This document shows positions 44,636 through 50,560 of a DNA stretch of 50,560 bases, one piece after another. Under the pieces are notes generated by a model. The model was not told where the DNA came from and searched no databases. It was given only the letters and a program-made list of their open reading frames with translations. The DNA lies in NCBI GenBank assembly GCA_964526005.1, contig CAZGKO010000006.1:1-50560 (forward strand), given 5' to 3'. Made by a program: the position numbers and the translations under genes. The DNA is from an uncultured Candidatus Peribacteria bacterium. Its GTDB lineage: Bacteria > Patescibacteriota > Gracilibacteria > UBA1369. Every line of letters begins with the position of its first letter. The stretch's first letter is position 1.

Positions 44636-45514
44636 TTGGTTCAGAATTTTTTCATGAGTTTTTTTCGACAAAATCTTTTATGGATTTTTTTAGGACTGGT
44701 TATCATTCTCTTTTTTAATATTTGGCCACATCTGGGAAGTAGCAATTTGCAAATTTATCAACTATCTATTGGGCAGGGTGACAGCGCTTTAATTATTACT
44801 CCAGAACAGCAGATTATTTTAATTGATGGTGGACCAGATGGTAGCGTTATTAATTGGTTAAATAAAATTCTTCCATTTTATCAAAAACAAATTGATCTTG
44901 TGATTTTAACACATCCACATGCCGACCATATCAATGGACTACTTCCTGTTTTTGAAAATTATCAGGTTAAAAATCTTTTATATACAGGCGTAAAATATAA
45001 TTATTTCGCTTATGATACACTTTTGCAAAAGGCCGCCATACAGCATACCCGCATTATTCTCGATACTGGGAAATTTGATTTAAAATTAGGAAGTGTTTTG
45101 CTTGATTTAATTTATCCTTTTCATTCTGAACAGAATCAAACTTTTAATAATGTAAATAATAGTTCTATCGCTTTACGTTTAATTTATGGGAAAAATAAAA
45201 TCTGGTTTGGCGGCGATCTAGAGAAAGAACCAGAAAGGAAATTAATAAACACTTCACTTGATCTTTCCGCTGATTTAATGAAAGCTGGACATCATGGCAG
45301 CCGAACCTCTAATACACCAGGTTTTCTTAAAAGAATTCATCCAAAATATGCCGTCATTAGTTGTGGGGCACATAACAAATTTAATCACCCTTCTCCCGAA
45401 ACTCTACAAAATTTTCACAATAACAATATTACCGTCTATCGCACCGATATAGACGGCACGATCAAAGAAATAATTAATGGGATCAGTGACCCCATACTTC
45501 AAATTTTTAATTAA
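44636..45514 (+). CDS. ComEC/Rec2-related metallo-beta-lactamase-domain protein (MBL domain only, single N-terminal TM helix)
   Basis: 292 aa. Contains GQGDSALIITPEQQIILIDGG, HPHADHINGL, GGDLE and AGHHGS. Confidence 0.75.
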   Translation: MVQNFFMSFFRQNLLWIFLGLVIILFFNIWPHLGSSNLQIYQLSIGQGDSALIITPEQQIILIDGGPDGSVINWLNKILPFYQKQIDLVILTHPHADHINGLLPVFENYQVKNLLYTGVKYNYFAYDTLLQKAAIQHTRIILDTGKFDLKLGSVLLDLIYPFHSEQNQTFNNVNNSSIALRLIYGKNKIWFGGDLEKEPERKLINTSLDLSADLMKAGHHGSRTSNTPGFLKRIHPKYAVISCGAHNKFNHPSPETLQNFHNNNITVYRTDIDGTIKEIINGISDPILQIFN

Positions 45515-45526
45515 AAAAGATGAGCA

Positions 45527-46789
45527 TCACACTAGAGACATGTTTATTCTAGTTATTTTTGCTCCTAAAGAAGTTAATTTTTTATCAAAATTTTCATATC
45601 CGCGATCAATATATTTAATATTAGAAATTTCAGTGGTACCTTCAGCAATTAACCCCGCCAAAACCATAGCGGCTCCCGCTCGAATATCAATTGAAGCAAT
45701 TGGAACCCCCTTTAATCGGGAATGACCTTTAATTATTGCTTGATGAGGATTTAAAATTTCTATTTTTGCACCCATTTTCTCTAATTCCACCAGATAATTT
45801 AAACGTCCTTCAAATAGAGTTTCAAAAATACGGGTATTCCCTTCGACCTGAGTTAAAAGAACAGAAAATGGAGCTTGCAAATCAGTAGCAAAAGAAGGGT
45901 AAACTGCTGTCCTCAATGTTGTTGGAGCAATTAATTTGGCAGAAGGTTTAATTAAAATTGTATCTTCTGTAACAGAATAATTTACACCGATCTCATCAAA
46001 TTTTTGCCAAAAACTATCTAGTTGCCATGTTGGAATTCCTTCAATTTTTATTTCTCCACCACAAATTATACCTGCGATGGATAAAGTTCCAGCTTCCAAA
46101 TAATCACCAATTACAGAATATTCAGTACCGTGTAATTTACTAATTCCTTCAATTTTCAGATAATGAGTTCCAATTCCTGAAATTTTTGCTCCCATACTGT
46201 TTAAAAATCGACATAAATCCTGAACATGAGGTTCAGCCGCCGCCAATTTTAAATGAGTAACACCGGGTGCCAGCACTGCCATCATAATGGCATTTTCGGT
46301 TGCAGTTACAGACATTTCCGGCATTAAGATGGCGGCGGCCTGTAATTTATCCATTTTTAAATGTAAGCGATTCTCACTTTCCAAAATTTTTACTCCCAAT
46401 TTTTCAAAAGCAAAAGTATGAGCGAATACCGAACGTTTTCCAAGCACGCATCCCCCCGGAAAAGAAATATTTAATTCACCACATCGCGGCAGAACGCCAC
46501 CCAATAAAAGAATCGAAGCCCTCATTTTATTAACAAGTGAATCACTAATCTTTCCATTGTTTAGACCACTTGCATCAATATTCACTATATTATTTTCCAT
46601 TGTAGTTTTCACTCCTATACTCTCGAAAATCTCCAGTATCGCGCGAACATCAGAAATATTTGGTACATTTTTTACAATAACTTTTTCTTTACTTAATAGA
46701 GCGGCACATAAAATCGGTAAAGCGGCATTTTTAGAACCACTTACCCGAACAGTTCCATTTAATTTATTTTTTCCTTCAATAATAAACAT
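45527..46789 (-). CDS. murA: UDP-N-acetylglucosamine 1-carboxyvinyltransferase
   Basis: 420 aa. Contains VSGSKNAALPILCAALL and the active-site loop FPGGCVLGKRS. It ends with a TGA stop at 45529..45527. Confidence 0.93.
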   Translation of the reverse strand: MFIIEGKNKLNGTVRVSGSKNAALPILCAALLSKEKVIVKNVPNISDVRAILEIFESIGVKTTMENNIVNIDASGLNNGKISDSLVNKMRASILLLGGVLPRCGELNISFPGGCVLGKRSVFAHTFAFEKLGVKILESENRLHLKMDKLQAAAILMPEMSVTATENAIMMAVLAPGVTHLKLAAAEPHVQDLCRFLNSMGAKISGIGTHYLKIEGISKLHGTEYSVIGDYLEAGTLSIAGIICGGEIKIEGIPTWQLDSFWQKFDEIGVNYSVTEDTILIKPSAKLIAPTTLRTAVYPSFATDLQAPFSVLLTQVEGNTRIFETLFEGRLNYLVELEKMGAKIEILNPHQAIIKGHSRLKGVPIASIDIRAGAAMVLAGLIAEGTTEISNIKYIDRGYENFDKKLTSLGAKITRINMSLV

Positions 46790-46885
46790 TGGCGCATAAT
46801 TAAAACACAGTGATTATAGGGATTTTATAAGTAGCTGCAAAGTTAAATATATTAACTTCAAGTTACTGGTCTTTAGCCTAAAAAA

Positions 46886-48457
46886 TTATTTTTCAAAGAT
46901 ATTTTGACGATACTGAAAGGCCTCAGCCAATTCAATATTATCAATTTCATCTTTCTCTTTCAGGTCAGCAATTGTCAGGGCGGTTTTTAACAGATGCAAA
47001 AAAGCTCTAGCAGAAAAATTAGTTTTTTGATTAATGATTTTTAGGTAATCTTCGGCGCGGCTACTCAATTTTAAATATTGATTAATATTTCGAGCACTTA
47101 ATTGCGAATTTAATTGCAGGTAAGAATTAGCAAAGCGCCGCGTCTGTCTTTCACGGGCTGAATTAACTGAATTTTTAATATTAGAAAGTTCCTTTCTAGC
47201 TAATTGATCTGGTTCCTTCCTTAATATAAAAGCAGAGCGGTTTAATTTCACGGTCAAATCTAGGCGATCAAAAATTGGTCCAGAAATCTTTTTTTGATAA
47301 TTAGCAATTGCCTGCGGAGTACAGATACAAGGTTGTTTACTATCTCCTAAGAATCCGCAGGGGCACGGATTCATTGCCGCTACCAAAGTAAAATGTGCCG
47401 GAAAAGTAAAATTACCCTGTGCTCGGGAAAGATTAATCTTTTTTTCTTCTAGTGGCTGTCGCAGAGCTTCAATTAATGAGCGGGGAAATTCGGCAATTTC
47501 ATCTAGAAATAAAACGCCATGATTTGCCAAAGAAATTTCTCCGGGACGAATTGTCGATCCACCTCCAATCAGAGAAACGAGCGAAGCACTTTGATGAACT
47601 TCTCGAAACGGTCTTTGTAAATTTCGTAAATTAGAAACCGATAATAAATTGGCGCAGGAATAAATTTGTATCATTTCAAAAAGTTCTTCTTGCGATAAAA
47701 CTGGCAAAAGTTCCCGCAAACTTTTTGCTAACATGGTTTTGCCTACACCCGGTGGTCCATATAAAAGCAAATGATGTCCGCCCGCCGCCGAAATCTGCAG
47801 GGCTTTTTTAGCTTCTTCTTGTCCCTGTACAAATAAATAGCTAGATTCGCCGAGCTGATCGCTCGTCGAAAAATTAGTCGAATGACTATGCGGCGGGCTC
47901 CCAATAAAATTCAATGGAATTTCTTCCACTACTCTATTTGGCACAATTCCACATTTTAAATATTCTAGAATTTCTTGCAAACTGTCAAAACCGATCACTT
48001 CCATCTCTTCGATTAATTTTGCTTCCGCTAAATTTTCAGCTGGTACAATTAATTTTTTCCAGCCATTTTGAAAAGCAAAAATAGCTACAGATAAAATTCC
48101 GGAAATTGGACGTAATTTCCCATCTAATGCAAGTTCACCCAAGACAAGAGCATCTTTCAAGGCGGCGGCATCCAGTTCTCCAGCTGCCGCCAAAATTCCC
48201 AAGGCAATCGGCAAATCAAAAGAGGTGCCATGTTTTTTCAGTGCCGCCGGTGCCAAACTAATCACCTTTTTTTGTTGAGGATATTTGACCGAAGTATTTT
48301 TAATTGCCGATTTTAGGCGATGTTTTGATTCCTGCACAGCCGTATCTCCCAATCCTATAATTTTAAAACTAGGCAGTCCTGGCAAAATATCCGCTTCAAC
48401 TTCAACCAGTTTCCCTTCCAATCCTATAATTTGGCACGAAAAAATTTTAATTGGCAT
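46886..48457 (-). CDS. comM: Mg-chelatase-like AAA+ protein ComM/YifB
   Basis: 523 aa. Lon-like N-terminal domain, Walker A GPPGVGKTMLA, VLFLDEIAEF, and the Cys cluster NPCPCGFLGDSKQPCIC. Confidence 0.88.
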   Translation of the reverse strand: MPIKIFSCQIIGLEGKLVEVEADILPGLPSFKIIGLGDTAVQESKHRLKSAIKNTSVKYPQQKKVISLAPAALKKHGTSFDLPIALGILAAAGELDAAALKDALVLGELALDGKLRPISGILSVAIFAFQNGWKKLIVPAENLAEAKLIEEMEVIGFDSLQEILEYLKCGIVPNRVVEEIPLNFIGSPPHSHSTNFSTSDQLGESSYLFVQGQEEAKKALQISAAGGHHLLLYGPPGVGKTMLAKSLRELLPVLSQEELFEMIQIYSCANLLSVSNLRNLQRPFREVHQSASLVSLIGGGSTIRPGEISLANHGVLFLDEIAEFPRSLIEALRQPLEEKKINLSRAQGNFTFPAHFTLVAAMNPCPCGFLGDSKQPCICTPQAIANYQKKISGPIFDRLDLTVKLNRSAFILRKEPDQLARKELSNIKNSVNSARERQTRRFANSYLQLNSQLSARNINQYLKLSSRAEDYLKIINQKTNFSARAFLHLLKTALTIADLKEKDEIDNIELAEAFQYRQNIFEK

Positions 48458-48539
48458 ATAAAAAACTATTTGTCACATTCTTATCAATCAATATTAAAAA
48501 TCTTTAAAAATTATCTTAAAACTTTCTAAAATAAAATAA

Positions 48540-49871
48540 TTACAAGTTTAATTGATAAATATTCTTTCCAATCACCATTAGTAAATTCACTTTGCTAGCA
48601 TTAATACTATTAGCATTAATGGTAATTTCGCTTCGGCTTGGATAAGCAAGATTATTAACAGTATAAACTAAAGATTTATTTTGAGTTTTTAGATTAAAAG
48701 CTTGAATTTTAAAACCAGTACTAGCTGCTACCTCATTAATATTTGTAGTAGCTGCAAATTTACTAACCGGATAAACTACTTCTCCGCTTTGTCTCTGAGT
48801 TAAATTATTCAATTCAGTAAAAATTGGTAATTGAATCAAATCTCTTAAATTCTTTTTATCAACTGTATCGGAATCAATTAAAAATATATCTTTCAAAACT
48901 GGATTTCTGGCTATTTTCTCAATAGCCAGAATAGAATTATCAATTGATAAAAATTTAAATCCACTAATTTTAGCATTTTCCATAATCAGATTTTTAGAGA
49001 ATTTATTTAAATTAATTAAATAAATTCTCTTTAAAGACGGATTTGATAAATCAAGCAAAGCTAATTCTTTTTCAGTATTATTTACTTGTAACTGATAATC
49101 TTTAATAGTTCGGGTAAAATAAATTAAAGGATTAGAAAGTTGAAATTGTATTGTACTGATTTCGGGAGAGGAACTTTGATCCGCAATATTGTTTTTCACT
49201 AAATTTAGTTTATATAAAGCTTGTTTCTGATTATTTGGATCTATTTTTAGAAAATAAATTGAGGAAGAATCGGGTGAAAAACTTAATGGAGTACCTGAAG
49301 TGATCGGCAACAGTGCACCTTTAGTATTAATATTTCCCGCTACTTTTAAATAAATTTTTGTACCATCATCATAAGCAAAAAACTTAGCATTATTACTTAT
49401 ATAAACATTTTTAAGTGCACTCAATGAGCGGACAAAAGTAACGGTAGTATCAATTAAATTTATAGGAGCATTTAAATTTACATTCTCAAAATTAAAAGTC
49501 AGGGTTGGCAAACTTTGAATAATTTGACCTAAATCATAGCCATATTGAATTTGTAATATCGGTTGTGCTTCAAAATTTAACTTTTCCAAATCAACTTGTC
49601 CCAGTTTTAACTCTACATTCTTATTAATTGTTTTATCTCCAGTTTTAGAAATTTCTAATGAATATTTTCCTGGTGCAAGCATAATATCACATGGATTTGT
49701 ATTGCAAATTACCGATTTTAAATCCTGAACATAAACTTGAAAAGGAGTATTTCCATTAAATCGTAAAGTGGCACGATTAAAAAAAACCACAAAAACCACA
49801 AAAGCCAAACCAATCAGAGCAATCAAGGTTAATAAAATAAACTTCATTCTTTCGGAAATTCTAATTTGCAT
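48540..49871 (-). CDS. Membrane-anchored hypothetical protein with a PEGA-like domain
   Basis: 443 aa. N-terminal TM helix, then FQVYVQDLKSVICNTNPCDIMLAPGKYSLEISKTGDKTINKNVELKLG, which is PEGA-like, followed by a long beta-rich region. Confidence 0.5.
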   Translation of the reverse strand: MQIRISERMKFILLTLIALIGLAFVVFVVFFNRATLRFNGNTPFQVYVQDLKSVICNTNPCDIMLAPGKYSLEISKTGDKTINKNVELKLGQVDLEKLNFEAQPILQIQYGYDLGQIIQSLPTLTFNFENVNLNAPINLIDTTVTFVRSLSALKNVYISNNAKFFAYDDGTKIYLKVAGNINTKGALLPITSGTPLSFSPDSSSIYFLKIDPNNQKQALYKLNLVKNNIADQSSSPEISTIQFQLSNPLIYFTRTIKDYQLQVNNTEKELALLDLSNPSLKRIYLINLNKFSKNLIMENAKISGFKFLSIDNSILAIEKIARNPVLKDIFLIDSDTVDKKNLRDLIQLPIFTELNNLTQRQSGEVVYPVSKFAATTNINEVAASTGFKIQAFNLKTQNKSLVYTVNNLAYPSRSEITINANSINASKVNLLMVIGKNIYQLNL

Positions 49872-49944
49872 TTTTATTTTTAATACGCATTTATCTTAAA
49901 CTAAAAAATATAACTTGTCATCTTTACCTACTTCTTTCAACTTA

Positions 49945-50343
49945 TTATTCATATCTCAATAAATCCATATAATGTCTGATTTTCACCTTACTATTACAGG
50001 CATATTTGCTCAAATCAATAGTTATTAAATCAAAACGCATTTTTTTATATTTTATATTTTTTCGCTGAACATAAAAAAATGCACACCGAATTAAAGTTTT
50101 TAATTGACGAGGTGAAAGGGCATCTTCTTCCATACCAAAATAAATATATTTTCTAGTTTTAACTTCCACAAAAACTAGCTCTTCCCCCAGCTTCATGATT
50201 AAGTCGATCTGTCCACCTCTTTTTCTAAAGTTTTTCCCCAATAATTGGTATTTTTTATTCAATAAAAATTCAGCTGCCAAATTTTCACCCCAATTTCCGA
50301 GGCTCTGAGAATCTTTATCTGCAAAACATTTTTTGTCCATCAC
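49945..50343 (-). CDS. yraN: YraN-family (UPF0102) endonuclease-like protein
   Basis: 132 aa. Contains GNWGENLAAEFLLNKKYQLLGKNFRKRGGQIDLIMKLGEELVFVEVKTR, the PD-(D/E)XK pattern of YraN. Confidence 0.8.
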   Translation of the reverse strand: MMDKKCFADKDSQSLGNWGENLAAEFLLNKKYQLLGKNFRKRGGQIDLIMKLGEELVFVEVKTRKYIYFGMEEDALSPRQLKTLIRCAFFYVQRKNIKYKKMRFDLITIDLSKYACNSKVKIRHYMDLLRYE

Positions 50344-50418
50344 AAGCTATTCTCTCAAAAATTCCTTAACTTTTTCTAAAAAAATAATTAAATTATAAAT
50401 TACTAAACCATTTCACTT

Positions 50419-50560
50419 ATGGATTCACTTCGCGTCCCTCCACATTCTTTGGAAGCCGAGAAAGCAGTTTTGGGCTCACTCTTAATTGATAAAGACGCAA
50501 TTATTAAAATTGCAGATTTAATCGGTTATGACGATTTTTATCATGATGCTCATGGCATAA
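50419..50560 (+). CDS. dnaB: Replicative DNA helicase DnaB, N-terminal 47 codons (runs off the right edge)
   Basis: My translation from the ATG at 50419 gives MDSLRVPPHSLEAEKAVLGSLLIDKDAIIKIADLIGYDDFYHDAHGI, the canonical DnaB N-terminus. Confidence 0.85.
   Translation, partial: MDSLRVPPHSLEAEKAVLGSLLIDKDAIIKIADLIGYDDFYHDAHGI

Noticed and set aside
45477-46799. Plus-strand ORFs at 45477..45725, 46300..46533 and 46557..46799.
   Set aside because: All are antisense to murA, whose identity is unambiguous.

Overview
This is an AT-rich bacterial chromosome segment of about 50.6 kb. It uses the standard genetic code: murA ends in TGA and the long ORFs are intact. The gene content suggests a reduced-genome, Gram-positive-like or Patescibacteria/CPR-like organism, but that is inference only. 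Supporting features are an LPXTG surface protein, an SLH protein, many small membrane proteins and scattered competence genes.

Housekeeping backbone: S41 protease, ymdB, recA-recX, nusA, pilB-type ATPase, dprA, ftsE, xerC/D, nrdR, pcrA, a GT4 glycosyltransferase, a class-II DnaJ, a MATE pump, pyrD, a P3A-type P-ATPase, argS, murA, comM, yraN, the 5' end of dnaB, tRNA-Ser(UGA) and tRNA-Cys(GCA).

Accessory content:
- Bases 1-7.4 kb, abutting the 3' end of tRNA-Ser, hold a Type III restriction-modification operon in the unusual order mod, Schlafen/AlbA_2-type ATPase-like gene, res. A truncated AAA_21 ATPase follows on the same strand. This is the best candidate for an undescribed composite defence system.
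- Bases 16.6-17.7 kb hold a decayed MvaI/BcnI-type Type II R-M cassette with specific, identifiable lesions.
- Bases 26.6-30.35 kb hold remnants of phage-like genes (DUF3850/ASCH, dCMP-deaminase-like) and an HNH gene of uncertain integrity around the MATE gene.

Other notable points:
- A G11 tract abuts a TATAAT box.
- A secreted DUF1573 / Cys-motif / rhodanese gene trio sits next to the proton-pump-type ATPase.
- ArgRS carries an N-terminal extension of about 280 aa that resembles a B3/4 domain.
- An 11-copy 15-bp coding repeat lies in pilB.
- A palindrome fills the recA promoter spacer.

No rRNA, CRISPR array, transposase or phage-type integrase was seen.
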